DNA of 63,740 nt, the filler included, from Anaerolineae bacterium (GTDB lineage Bacteria > Chloroflexota > Anaerolineae > Epilineales > Epilineaceae): assembly GCA_029262755.1 (NCBI GenBank). It is 8 parts of 8 records of this genome, joined end to end, with 100 filler letters (N's around TTAATTAATTAA, not from the genome) between each part and the next. Parts side by side here need not be neighbours in the genome. Positions count along the whole stretch, not along the records: positions 32,287 to 47,311 come from JAJCYU010000368.1; 7 more parts are not named here. One strand, 5' to 3'. A model generated the notes under the pieces. It saw only the letters and a program-made list of their open reading frames with translations. It was not told where the DNA came from and ran no database searches. The position numbers and the translations under genes are program-made. Positions within the stretch are counted from its first letter, which is position 1. Every line of letters begins with the position of its first letter. Positions 34,708 to 44,131 of this stretch are shown in pieces.

Positions 34708-35592
34708 CTACGCGCCCACCGCGCGCAACGCTCCCTCCAACAGCAACCACAGCGCCGGGAGCAGCAGCACGTAGCAGAGCGCGTTGTGGTCGAAGCGCGG
34801 GTGCGGCGCGATGCGCCACAGCTGCACGGAGGTCGCCGCGGCCGCCAACCCCACGCCGCCCGCGAGCCAGGGCAGGGTCGAGCGCGCCGACGAGGTGAGG
34901 CCACCGCCGGGCTCCGACGCGAGCGCCACTGCGACGAGTACGGCAAGGAGGGACGCGACGAGGTCGAGCATCGACCACCCCAGGCGTGGCCGGGGACGTC
35001 GTAGCGTATTGAGGAGCATCAGCAAGAGCTTCGCGCCTCCGAGCGCGGCCAGGAGCGGATAGAGCGGGCGGTCGGGAAGGGCGACGTGTGGGTAGTCGGA
35101 TACGCCGACCATGGCACCGAGGTCCGCCTGTGTATTCGGCAGCCCCCGAACCGCGTCCGCTAGGCCCGCCGCCAGCATCGCCGACCAGACGAACGCGGCC
35201 GAGACGGCGATCAGCAGGGTGATGCCTCGCGTGATCCACGACCGGGATCGCGCGCGCTCAAAAGAATGGCTGTGGAAGACAGCGCCGAGCAGCGCCGCCA
35301 GCCCCAGCGCCACGAACGCGACCAACCAAGATGGCAGCCAGCGGAGGAGGACCGCGGCATCAAGCTGCTCGACCGCGTTCGGCGCGACGACCGCGAAGAG
35401 CTCCGACCATTCCTCCTCCCAGATCGCCATCGCGCGCCAGGTCGCACTCGCGCATGCCAGCGCCGCCACCCCGACCAACAGGCTTGTCGCGGCGGCCGCG
35501 GGCTCGGCGAGCCTGGACCACTCCGCCCCGCCCTCGTTCCTGACCCGTGCTACACGATCCGGCGTCTCCGCGGCGACGGTCCTGTCGTCCAT
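34708..35592 (-). CDS. Polytopic membrane protein, paralog 3 (DUF6962-like)
   Basis: GAGGAG before ATG 35592; LAEPAAAATSLLV, GAVFHS, HPRFDHNALCY. Confidence 0.72.
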   Translation of the reverse strand: MDDRTVAAETPDRVARVRNEGGAEWSRLAEPAAAATSLLVGVAALACASATWRAMAIWEEEWSELFAVVAPNAVEQLDAAVLLRWLPSWLVAFVALGLAALLGAVFHSHSFERARSRSWITRGITLLIAVSAAFVWSAMLAAGLADAVRGLPNTQADLGAMVGVSDYPHVALPDRPLYPLLAALGGAKLLLMLLNTLRRPRPRLGWSMLDLVASLLAVLVAVALASEPGGGLTSSARSTLPWLAGGVGLAAAATSVQLWRIAPHPRFDHNALCYVLLLPALWLLLEGALRAVGA

Positions 35593-35739
35593 GGTCCGGC
35601 TCCTCGGCGGCGATGGAATCTTCGAACCTACCAGTGCGGTTTGGACCCGCAATTCGGATGCCGTAGGAGCCGGATCCGCTCCGGAACGCGGAGGAGGAAC
35701 GGCGCGCCCCCTAAGCGCCCCGTCCATACTTGGCCACGC

Positions 35740-35909
35740 GGCGCCTCGTAGGCGTCGTTGTCTACTTCGTGGCCACCTTCGGCATCGAACGCTTCAACCC
35801 GACCGTGGCCACGGCGGACAAGCCGGCCTTCGTGATCGCGAACCTGCTGTACGGGGACGTGGCGGGTGTGGCCAACGCACAGCTGCGCATGCGCGCCGGC
35901 GCGAGCTGA
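35740..35909 (+). pseudogene. 3' remnant of a copy of the 34086-34595 membrane-protein gene
   Basis: VVYFVATFGIERFNPTVATADKPAFVIANLLYG...AQLR versus VVYFVANAGIERFNPLMSASDKPAFLMAHGLFG...AQLR; no start codon; apparent 1-nt deletion near 35750. Confidence 0.85.
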
Positions 35910-35949
35910 GCGCGCCGCGCACGCCTGCCTGCGTCGCAGCCGAGCGAGA

Positions 35950-36387
35950 TCAGTCGCACCCCAGCGAGAACGGCGCGCTGGCGATGTCCGGCACGGGCAC
36001 GCCGTCGACATAGCGGCCCGGCTCGACCTTGCCCCGCACCTCGGTGATGTGGTTCTCGCCGTCGACCAGCACGACCTTGGGGTGCCAGTCACGCGCCTTG
36101 TGATCGTCGAGCTGGACGTAGCTCATGATGATCACCAGATCGCCCACCTCCACCAGGTGCGCCGCGGCGCCGTTGAGCTGGATCGTGCCGCCGCCCTCCA
36201 CGCCGGGGATGGCGTAGGTCTCCAGGCGCGAACCGTTGTTTACGTCGACGATCTGCACCCGTTCGTGGGGCAGGATGCCCGCGGCGTCCAGCAGCAACGG
36301 GTCGATGGTCACGCTGCCGACGTAGTCGACGTCGGCGCCGGTGACCGTCGCGCGGTGGATCTTGCCGCCTAGAATCGTGCGCATCAT
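35950..36387 (-). CDS. panD: Aspartate 1-decarboxylase proenzyme
   Basis: [16 protein letters not shown] (Gly-Ser cleavage site), [15 protein letters not shown]. Confidence 0.97.
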   Translation of the reverse strand: MMRTILGGKIHRATVTGADVDYVGSVTIDPLLLDAAGILPHERVQIVDVNNGSRLETYAIPGVEGGGTIQLNGAAAHLVEVGDLVIIMSYVQLDDHKARDWHPKVVLVDGENHITEVRGKVEPGRYVDGVPVPDIASAPFSLGCD

Positions 36388-37295
36388 GGCCGCACCTCTT
36401 TCGTCGTGACGCGCGCGACGCGTTCGTCGCTCGCGCTAGGTTGTTCTTGCTTCGCCGCGGTCCACGGCAGGTTGTCGATCAAACGCACCGGGCCGACGTG
36501 CACCGCCATGCTCAGCAGCGCACCCGCCGCCGGGTCCACGGTCTCCAGTTCCCGCAGCGTGATGCGGTCCGCGACGCTCACGTAGTCGATCCGCGCCAAC
36601 GGCTCCGCCTCGATCACCGCGCGCATCCGTGCGCGCACGGCCTCGGCGTCGCGCTCACCGGCGGCAAGCGCGTCCGCCGCCGCGCCCAGCGCGCGGTGCA
36701 GCACGGGCGCCGCGGCGCGCTCGGCCGGCCCGAGCCGCGCGTTGCGGCTGCTCATCGCAAGCCCGTCCGCATCGCGCAGGGTGGGGCAAGGCACGACTGT
36801 GGTCGGCACGTTCAGATCGCGCACCATCGTGGAGATTACGGCCACCTGCTGGGCGTCCTTCTGCCCAAAGTAGGCGTTCGTGGGCTGCACGAGCAGAAAC
36901 AGCTTGAGCACGATCGTATCGACCCCGACGAAATGCCCCGCACGCGAAGCGCCTTCTAAGGGCTCGGCAACCGCGCCGGGCATCACCCACGTCTCGTAGC
37001 CCTCGGGATAGAGCTCCTCCGGCGTCGGAAGGAAGAGCAGATCGCAGCCCGCACCGTGCAGCATCGCCGCGTCGCGCTCGGGATCGCGCGGATAGGCAGC
37101 CAGATCGCCCTCGTCATCGAATTGCGCCGGGTTGACGAAGATGCTCGCCGCCACGACGTCGTTCTCCGCCACGGCGCGCTGCACGAGGGACAGATGCCCT
37201 TCGTGCAAGGAACCCATCGTGGGCACGAAGCCCACGGTCCCCGCCACATCGCCCCGCCAGGCGCGCAGTTCCGCCATCGTCCGCACGGTCTTCAT
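36384..37295 (-). CDS. panC: Pantoate-beta-alanine ligase
   Basis: [40 protein letters not shown]. Confidence 0.97.
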   Translation of the reverse strand: MKTVRTMAELRAWRGDVAGTVGFVPTMGSLHEGHLSLVQRAVAENDVVAASIFVNPAQFDDEGDLAAYPRDPERDAAMLHGAGCDLLFLPTPEELYPEGYETWVMPGAVAEPLEGASRAGHFVGVDTIVLKLFLLVQPTNAYFGQKDAQQVAVISTMVRDLNVPTTVVPCPTLRDADGLAMSSRNARLGPAERAAAPVLHRALGAAADALAAGERDAEAVRARMRAVIEAEPLARIDYVSVADRITLRELETVDPAAGALLSMAVHVGPVRLIDNLPWTAAKQEQPSASDERVARVTTKEVRP

Positions 37296-38584
37296 GACAC
37301 GCGCTCCCCGACGGGACTCGTGTCTTCGGCTGAGTCGGAGGCCGGGTCCGCGGCCGAGTCTCGAGGCGGGGTGGGATCGTCTCTTCGCGCAGGATCGCGA
37401 ACCCTGTCGATCCCAGTGCTGTCACGCGGATCATCCTCTCTACGAACGGTCGTCCTGCGCGCGCCTTCGCCGAAGCTCGGCCCACGCACCGCATGCTCAC
37501 TCGCGCGTTCGTTCTCGCGCCCGCCGTCGCCGTCGCCGTCGCCTGCGCGCTCACCGTCGCGCTCACGGTCGACCAACGGTGCCGGCTTCAGCTCACCCGT
37601 TTGCAAGCCGAGCTGTTTGCCGAAATCGGTCTGGCGTAACGTCGTGCCCGTGCCGTCGACGACCTCGCCGCCCAACTCGGACACGGCGCGCCACAGGCGC
37701 AGGTTCACCGGCGTGTCGATGCCTAGTCGGCGGCCGATGCGTACCACGGCGCCGCAGATGGCGTCGATCTCGGTCAGGCCGCCGCGGGTCACGTCTTGCA
37801 GCATGGAGGAGCGGTTGTCCGCGGTCATTGAGGCAACCTCGCGCGCGAGCGAGACGGGATCGGCGCCGAGCACCACGCCCGCCGCCTCGGCGACGCGCCC
37901 GACCTCGCGCGCCGCTGCCGCCATGCGCGTGGTCAGCTTCGGATCCTCCAACAACGCGCCGTTGGGCACCATGTGCAGCGCGGTGAGCGGGTTGATGGCC
38001 GCGTTCACCGCGAGCTTGCGCCACAGGAGCGCGTCGATGTCGTCGCTGGTCTCCACGGTGAGGCCCGCTTCGCGCAGCCACATGGCTGCCCGCCGCGCCG
38101 CCCGCGCCGTGTCGCCCGCCGTGCCCACGGTGGTCACGCCGGCGCCCGCGATACGCACGTAGCCGGGGCCGAGCACCGACGCGCCTTCACTCGTCACGCC
38201 CGCGCTCACGCGTTCGGGACCGGCCGCATCAGCCAGCGTCTCGCGGTTGCCGAGCCCGTTCTGCAGCGTGAGGATCAATCCGTCCGGCGTTGCCAACGCC
38301 GCAGCGTGCGGTGCGACGGCGCGCGTCTGATGCGCCTTGACCAACACGAGCACCAGGGGCGCAGGTGCGAGCCCATCGCCAAGCCGCGATGCGCTCGCCG
38401 GCACCGTCCACACCGTGCTCCCGGCATCGACCGCGATGCCCCCGGCCTGGATCGCGGCCAACCCGTCCGGCCAGGTGCCCACCAGGGTGACGCGACGGCC
38501 GGAGCGCGCCAGCGCCGCGCCAAAGCGCATCGCCAACGCCCCGGTCCCCAGAATCGTCACCGGGCTCGTGTCTCGCCCGACCAT
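37292..38584 (-). CDS. panE: 2-dehydropantoate 2-reductase with a disordered C-terminal extension of about 100 aa
   Basis: GTGALA, LVKA, LQNG, WRKLAVNAAINP, NRSSMLQD, TEIDAICG; start chosen at ATG 38584. Confidence 0.9.
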   Translation of the reverse strand: MVGRDTSPVTILGTGALAMRFGAALARSGRRVTLVGTWPDGLAAIQAGGIAVDAGSTVWTVPASASRLGDGLAPAPLVLVLVKAHQTRAVAPHAAALATPDGLILTLQNGLGNRETLADAAGPERVSAGVTSEGASVLGPGYVRIAGAGVTTVGTAGDTARAARRAAMWLREAGLTVETSDDIDALLWRKLAVNAAINPLTALHMVPNGALLEDPKLTTRMAAAAREVGRVAEAAGVVLGADPVSLAREVASMTADNRSSMLQDVTRGGLTEIDAICGAVVRIGRRLGIDTPVNLRLWRAVSELGGEVVDGTGTTLRQTDFGKQLGLQTGELKPAPLVDRERDGERAGDGDGDGGRENERASEHAVRGPSFGEGARRTTVRREDDPRDSTGIDRVRDPARRDDPTPPRDSAADPASDSAEDTSPVGERVS

Positions 38585-38705
38585 CGCTTCCCCCTCACTG
38601 TGAATCCAACACGTTCGTCTGTCCAACAAGGCTTGCTGCGGATCCCGCGTACTGCCAATGCCGCCCTGCATCCTGCCGATGCCGCGTGATTTGCCGAACT
38701 CTGCG

Positions 38706-39755
38706 CTACTTGGAGCGGTCGGGCCCGCGATCGAGGCCGGCGCCCTCCGTATCCGTACGATTCGTACGCCCTGTACCGTTCCGTTCGCCACTCTGTGCCT
38801 CGCCCCGTTGTTCCTCGCCCCTCCCAGCCGTTTCCAACTCGAAGCCGGCCCACGCTTCATCCGTCATCGCGTAGCCGTGCTCCGGGCCGGGGAAGGTGCG
38901 CGCGACGACCTCGTCGCGGTAGGCCGCCAGCGCCGTTCGCGCATCGGCGCCGAGCAGCGCGAAACGCTTGACGAACTTGGGCTGGAAGCGGTCGAAGAGG
39001 CCGAGCAGGTCATGGATCACCAGCACCTGGCCGCTCGTATGCGGTCCGGCGCCGATGCCGATCGTGGGGATATCCAGCCGCTCCGTAATGGCGGTAGCAA
39101 GCCGTGTAGGCACGCTCTCCAAGACGATCGAGAAACAACCCGCCGCCTGCAGCGCCAAGGCATCCTCCAGCAACGCGCTCGCGGCTTCGGGCGAGCGGCC
39201 CTGCACGCGCCAGCCGCCCAGGGCGTGGACGCTCTGCGGCGTAAGGCCGATGTGCCCCATCACGGGGATGCCGGCAGCCACGATCGCGCGCACCTGCGGC
39301 ACGACCGTCCGTCCGCCCTCGAGCTTCACGGCGTCCATGCCGGCCTCTTGCAAGAAGCGACCGGCGCTACGTAGCGCGTCCTCCGGCCCGACCTGGTAGC
39401 TCATGAACGGCAGGTCGCCCACCAGCAGCGGCGTCCGCGCGCCGCGGCGCACGGCCTTCGCGTGGTGGATCATCTCGTCCATGGTCACCGAGAGCGTCGT
39501 CTCGTGCCCCAGGATGACCATGGCCAGCGAATCGCCGACGAGGATGGAATCGATGCCGCTGTCCTCGGCCAACTCCGCGGTGGGGAAGTCGTAGGCGGTG
39601 ACCATCGTGATGGCCTCTCCGCGATCCCGCATCTTCTGGAAGGTGCGTACCGTGACCTTCTTCTTGCGGCTCGCGCCATCCGCGCTGCTCGTTGCAACTT
39701 CGGCCTTCGATCCCGCGGGCGCACCTGTCGTACCCGTACCCATCTGCGTGCTCAC
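38706..39755 (-). CDS. panB: 3-methyl-2-oxobutanoate hydroxymethyltransferase
   Basis: TAYD, LVGDSL, DLPFMSY, VKLEGG, HIGLTPQ, IGIGAG; AGAGGAG before GTG 39755. Confidence 0.97.
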   Translation of the reverse strand: MSTQMGTGTTGAPAGSKAEVATSSADGASRKKKVTVRTFQKMRDRGEAITMVTAYDFPTAELAEDSGIDSILVGDSLAMVILGHETTLSVTMDEMIHHAKAVRRGARTPLLVGDLPFMSYQVGPEDALRSAGRFLQEAGMDAVKLEGGRTVVPQVRAIVAAGIPVMGHIGLTPQSVHALGGWRVQGRSPEAASALLEDALALQAAGCFSIVLESVPTRLATAITERLDIPTIGIGAGPHTSGQVLVIHDLLGLFDRFQPKFVKRFALLGADARTALAAYRDEVVARTFPGPEHGYAMTDEAWAGFELETAGRGEEQRGEAQSGERNGTGRTNRTDTEGAGLDRGPDRSK

Positions 39756-39848
39756 GTGTATCTCCTCTGCCCAGGGCGAGCGCTTCCTCGGCCAACGCAT
39801 TGTCGAACGTTCTGCGCGCGACGCCGAAGCGCGCACGTCCACAACGGT

Positions 39849-39880
39849 CAACAAAAATGCCGTCCACATGTGCGGACGGC
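39849..39880 (-). terminator. Intrinsic terminator (attenuator) in the panB leader
   Basis: Minus strand GCCGTCCGCA-CA-TGTGGACGGC-ATTTTTGTTG, between the promoter and panB. Confidence 0.8.
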
Positions 39881-39948
39881 GTGCACGGCGGCCGCGTCCA
39901 CGTACGGACTCGGTCCCGCGCTCGTCGGCGAGTCGAGCTCACCCACGT

Positions 39949-39982
39949 GCCGTCCCGGCCTCTTGCGAGAGGTCCAGGCGAC
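39949..39982 (-). ncRNA. pan RNA motif-like cis-regulatory hairpin
   Basis: GUCG-CCUGG-A-CCUCU-CGCA-AGAGG-CCGGG-A-CGGC: a stem with two bulged A's upstream of panB, as described for the pan motif. Confidence 0.7.
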
Positions 39983-40084
39983 GGGTGGAGATCTGCGCCT
40001 GGCAGATCTGCGATTGTTCATCGGTGCTGACCGCCCGGTCCAAACTGTGGGTCGATACTGTGGGTCGATCGCTCCGACCCCCGA

Positions 40085-40113
40085 ATTGTAGGCCCGTCCG
40101 CACACGCCTTCAA
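40085..40113 (-). promoter_or_regulatory. Sigma70-type promoter of the pan operon
   Basis: TTGAAG-N17-TACAAT on the minus strand. Confidence 0.75.
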
Positions 40114-40226
40114 GGCCGAGCGGCAGCCGTCTAGTGTACGATACCCGCCGCCTACCGGACGGTGTTCTTCTCTCCGCGAAGCACTGCGATCCCCGCACCC
40201 CGCACCCTGCGCCAGGAGCCTGGACG

Positions 40227-41588
40227 ATGAAGCCCAACCACCCCTTCGCCGCCACCCCGACCGAAGGCCCGTCCAGCCTCGCTTTCGCTCGCCTGCTCGC
40301 GCCCACGCTCGTACCGGTCGTCGCCGCCGCCGCGCTCGTCGCGCTCGCGGCGGCCGTGGCGCTCGCGCCCGGCAGGACGGTGCGTGCCGCGCCAAGCGCG
40401 GCGCCCGCACGCGCGCCGCTGGCCGCGCCGGTCGCGGCCCCGCACGCGGCCAATCCGCTCGCCCCGTCGGGTTCCCCTTCGCTCGCCCCTGCCGCACAAG
40501 GAGCCTGGGAGGCCATCGCGCCGGAGGGTGCAACGTGCGGACGCGGCGCGCCCTTCGAGTTCTACCTAAGCCAAGGTGCTTCCGCCGACGCGGGCATCGT
40601 CCTCTATCTCAACGGCGGTGGCGCGTGCGTGAAGGAAGGCCCCGCGCCGGCCGGTGCTACCGGCCCCGCGCAGGCCCTGCATTGCATGGACTTCGGCAAC
40701 TTCCAGGACATCATCCTGAACCGCATCACGGTCGGCATCGCCGCCAACCTCTTCGCCTTCGGCAACCGGGCGGATGAGGCCAACCCCTTTCGCGCCGATC
40801 ATCACGTGATCGTGCCCTACTGCACAGGCGACGTGCACGTCGGCCGCATGACCGAGAGCTACGACTACGATCCCACGCCGGACGGCGAGTTCCCGGTCAC
40901 GCACCGCGGCCACCTCAACGTCCTGGCCGTGCTCGACGAGCTGGAGACGCGCCTGCCGGAAGCGGCGGCTTCCCGCTTCGTGCTCACCGGCGCCTCGGCC
41001 GGCGCGATCGGCGCGATCTTCAACTTCCCCTATGTGATCGAGCGCTGGCCCAACACGGTCCTGCTACCGGACGCCGGCATCGCGCCCGGCCACCCGGACT
41101 CGCTCCTGGTGCGTGAGGGCGTGGACATCGCCGCCCGCTGGAGCGCAGACGTGCACCTGCCCGCCTACTGCCCCACCGACGACTGCATGACCGACACGCA
41201 ACGCCTCCTGCGCTCCCACGCCCAGCACTATGACGGCGAGACCGCGCCGTGGCGCCCCTTCGGCTACCTGCAAGCCCAACAAGACGGCACGCTGAGCGAC
41301 TACTTCGAGATCACCCCCTGCGGATACCAGGTCGGCCTGCGCGCCGGCGTGAGCGCCGCCCAGCGCCAGCCCAACCTGCGCGCCTTCATCCCCGCATCGG
41401 CCCAGCACGTGCTCAGCAACCGCGGCTTCGACGGCTCCGTCGTCACCGCGGCGGACGGCACCACCGCACCGGCCTTCTACGCCGCCGTCGGATCCGCCCT
41501 CTCCGAAGCCGAGCTACCACCCGACGTGATCGATCCGTGGCTGCGCTGCAACGACATCACGCTGCCATGGATGTCCGGGCGGAGGTAG
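40227..41588 (+). CDS. Secreted pectinacetylesterase/Notum-family hydrolase
   Basis: Signal peptide; LYLNGGGAC, NPF, VPYCTGDVH.G, LTGASAG nucleophile elbow, PDAG. Confidence 0.85.
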   Translation: MKPNHPFAATPTEGPSSLAFARLLAPTLVPVVAAAALVALAAAVALAPGRTVRAAPSAAPARAPLAAPVAAPHAANPLAPSGSPSLAPAAQGAWEAIAPEGATCGRGAPFEFYLSQGASADAGIVLYLNGGGACVKEGPAPAGATGPAQALHCMDFGNFQDIILNRITVGIAANLFAFGNRADEANPFRADHHVIVPYCTGDVHVGRMTESYDYDPTPDGEFPVTHRGHLNVLAVLDELETRLPEAAASRFVLTGASAGAIGAIFNFPYVIERWPNTVLLPDAGIAPGHPDSLLVREGVDIAARWSADVHLPAYCPTDDCMTDTQRLLRSHAQHYDGETAPWRPFGYLQAQQDGTLSDYFEITPCGYQVGLRAGVSAAQRQPNLRAFIPASAQHVLSNRGFDGSVVTAADGTTAPAFYAAVGSALSEAELPPDVIDPWLRCNDITLPWMSGRR

Positions 41589-42012
41589 GCGCAGGTATTG
41601 GGGTCGGCGTAGGGACTAGGTCGCGGGGGCCGGCCGGCCCCCCGGTTATCGCCCCTCCCGTTGCTCCGCATAGCCCGCCACCCGACGATCCTCTCGTCCG
41701 CGCCCTTCAGCGCCCGGCCATGCGCCCGCCGCGCGCCATCGACCGATGACTTCGGCCTCCGGGCCGACGGTGCGCGCGGTAAGGCGGCGGGCAGGAAAAG
41801 ACGGGATCCGCGAGTACGCGGGGCGAGAAACGAAAACGTCAGTAAGGGATCGTGTCAACGTAAGTAGGGGAACGGGGCGAATGCAGTAAGGGATCGACCC
41901 GGACGTAGTCGAGGACCCTCGGGCCCTCCTTGGACCTAGGTTGCGATAGTATCTCGCACTCTATTGTCCGCCGCCATGTTGTTTGGTCGGCTACGAACAG
42001 GATGGACTGTCT

Positions 42013-43425
42013 ATGGCGCGTTCGAACGTGGAGGCTACCACCACCCTCACCCCCTACCCCGACCACGTGGTCGTCAACCCCGCCACCGGTGCGGAGATCG
42101 CGCGCCACCCCGCGCACGACGACGCCGCCGTCGAGGCCGCGCTCGTCGCGGCGGCCGGCGCGTGGCCCGCGTGGTCCGCGCGTCCGATCGGGGAGCGCGT
42201 GGCGCCCCTGCGGGCCGCCGCCGCGCTGCTGCGCGCGGAGGCCGAGCCGCTCGCGGCGCTCATGGCGCGCGAGATGGGCAAGCCCTTGGCCGAGGGCAGG
42301 TCCGAGGCCGAGAAGTGCGCCGGGGTATGCGAGTACTACGCGGAGCACGCGGCGGCGCACCTGGCCGATGAGGCGACTGCCACCGACGCCGCGCGAAGCT
42401 ACGTTGCGTATCGGCCGCTCGGCGCGGTGCTGGCCGTGATGCCGTGGAACTTTCCGCTTTGGCAGGTCTTTCGCTTCGCGGCGCCGGCGCTGGCCGCGGG
42501 CAACGTCGGGCTGCTCAAGCACGCCGCGAACGTGCCCGGCTGTGCCTTGGCCATCGCTGACATATTGGCTCGCGCAGGTGTGCCCGACGGCGTCTTCGCC
42601 ACGCTGCTCGTGGGCAGCGACCGCGTGGCGGACCTGATCGCCGATCCGCGTATCGCCGCGGTCACGCTCACGGGCAGCACTCCCGCCGGTCGCGCCGTGG
42701 CGGCGGAGGCCGGGCGGCATCTGAAGCCGACCGTGCTCGAGCTGGGCGGTAGCGATCCCTACGTCATCCTCGCCGACGCCGATCTCGACATGGCGGCCGA
42801 GGCATGCGTCACGAGCCGTCTCATCAACTCGGGCCAGAGCTGCATCGCGGCCAAGCGCTTTATCGTCGACGCCTCATGCTTCGACCCCTTCGTCGAGCGG
42901 GTCACGGCTCGCATGGCCGCAGCGGTCGTGGGCGATCCCTTCGATCCCGCGACCACGGTCGGCCCCGTGGCCCGCCGCGATCTGCGCGACGAGCTCCACG
43001 CGCAGGTCACGGCCAGCGTCGCCGCCGGCGCCCGCGTGCTCCTGGGCGGAGAGCTCCCCGACGGCCCCGGCGCCTTCTACCCGCCGACGGTTCTGGCCGA
43101 CGTGCAGCCCGGCATGCCCGCCTACGACGACGAGCTCTTCGGGCCCGTCGCCACGATCATTGCCGCCGCAGACGAGAACGACGCGATCCGCATCGCCAAC
43201 GACACGCCCTTCGGCCTGGGCGCGGCGGTCTTCACCGCCGACGTCGAGCGCGGCGAACGTATCGCCCGCACTCAGCTACGCGCCGGCGCGGCCTTCGTCA
43301 ACGCCTTCGTGCGAAGCGACCCCCGCTTGCCCTTCGGCGGCATCGGCGACAGCGGCTATGGCCGCGAGCTCGGCCGTGCAGGAATCCGCGCCTTCGTCAA
43401 CGCGAAGACCGTATACGTGGCGTAA
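42013..43425 (+). CDS. NAD(P)-dependent succinate-semialdehyde dehydrogenase (Sad/GabD1 type)
   Basis: VMPWNFPLWQVFRF, LTGS, LELGGSD, NSGQSCIAAKRF, ELFGP, SGYGREL. Confidence 0.92.
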   Translation: MARSNVEATTTLTPYPDHVVVNPATGAEIARHPAHDDAAVEAALVAAAGAWPAWSARPIGERVAPLRAAAALLRAEAEPLAALMAREMGKPLAEGRSEAEKCAGVCEYYAEHAAAHLADEATATDAARSYVAYRPLGAVLAVMPWNFPLWQVFRFAAPALAAGNVGLLKHAANVPGCALAIADILARAGVPDGVFATLLVGSDRVADLIADPRIAAVTLTGSTPAGRAVAAEAGRHLKPTVLELGGSDPYVILADADLDMAAEACVTSRLINSGQSCIAAKRFIVDASCFDPFVERVTARMAAAVVGDPFDPATTVGPVARRDLRDELHAQVTASVAAGARVLLGGELPDGPGAFYPPTVLADVQPGMPAYDDELFGPVATIIAAADENDAIRIANDTPFGLGAAVFTADVERGERIARTQLRAGAAFVNAFVRSDPRLPFGGIGDSGYGRELGRAGIRAFVNAKTVYVA

Positions 43426-43570
43426 GTAAGGCTCAAGCGGAGGTTCCTGCCCCTCGCGATCGCCGAGTCTCCGGCGCCCAAACGGCGGGTTTTCCTAAGT
43501 CAACCGTTGGTCACGCCTAAGCTTTCACTCATCCTCGAGCCCCATCATGCCGTACGCACACGGTCCTCCT

Positions 43571-43636
43571 TGTGCAACTTCGATCCGGAATTCTCGTTTA
43601 CTGGGGCGGTGCGAGAGTTCCGGATCGGCTGTTAAC
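43571..43636. repeat. Palindromic intergenic repeat, copy 1
   Basis: TGTGCAA..GATCCGGAATTCTCG-loop-CGAGAGTTCCGGATC..GTTAAC. Confidence 0.85.
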
Positions 43637-43854
43637 GCGTAGACGTCGCGAACGTTCAAGGTCGCGAGCGCCTAACATCACGATCGCCCAACGTCGCGAC
43701 CCGCGTCCCACGACCCGCGACCGGCGACCGGCGACCCCAAACCCAGCGCAACGTCATCCCCGACACCACGCGCAGGCCTTCAGCGACCTCTTGGTCCTTG
43801 TTCAGGCTTCCCTCAGGCGGCGTGCCTATCCTGGGAACCAGTCACAGTTCTCCC

Positions 43855-43918
43855 TGTGCAAGTTGATCCGGATTTCTCGTTACTGGGGCGGTGCGAGAGG
43901 TCCGGATCGCTCGTTAAC
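43855..43918. repeat. Palindromic intergenic repeat, copy 2
   Basis: TGTGCAA..GATCCGGATTTCTCG-loop-CGAGAGGTCCGGATC..GTTAAC. Confidence 0.85.
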
Positions 43919-44131
43919 CGCCGAGCGAGTTGGTCAACGTCGCCGCACAACGCCCCGTGCAGCGTCGCCGCACAATCACCCCTCGCTGCGCAACTCCCCG
44001 TTGCAGCCCTCGCCGCGCAACCTCGCTGCAAGCATGATCGCCCTGCCTCCGTCCGACGCGCGAGGATCCCGCGACAACGTCGGAACGTTTGCGCGACGAA
44101 GGCTCGTCGCACGCGCACCCGGAGAACGATC

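Noticed and set aside
43571..43918. Twin palindromes as a mini-CRISPR or attC cassette array
   Set aside because: Only two copies, 65 bp long and about 218 bp apart; no convincing cassette ORF, integrase or cas gene
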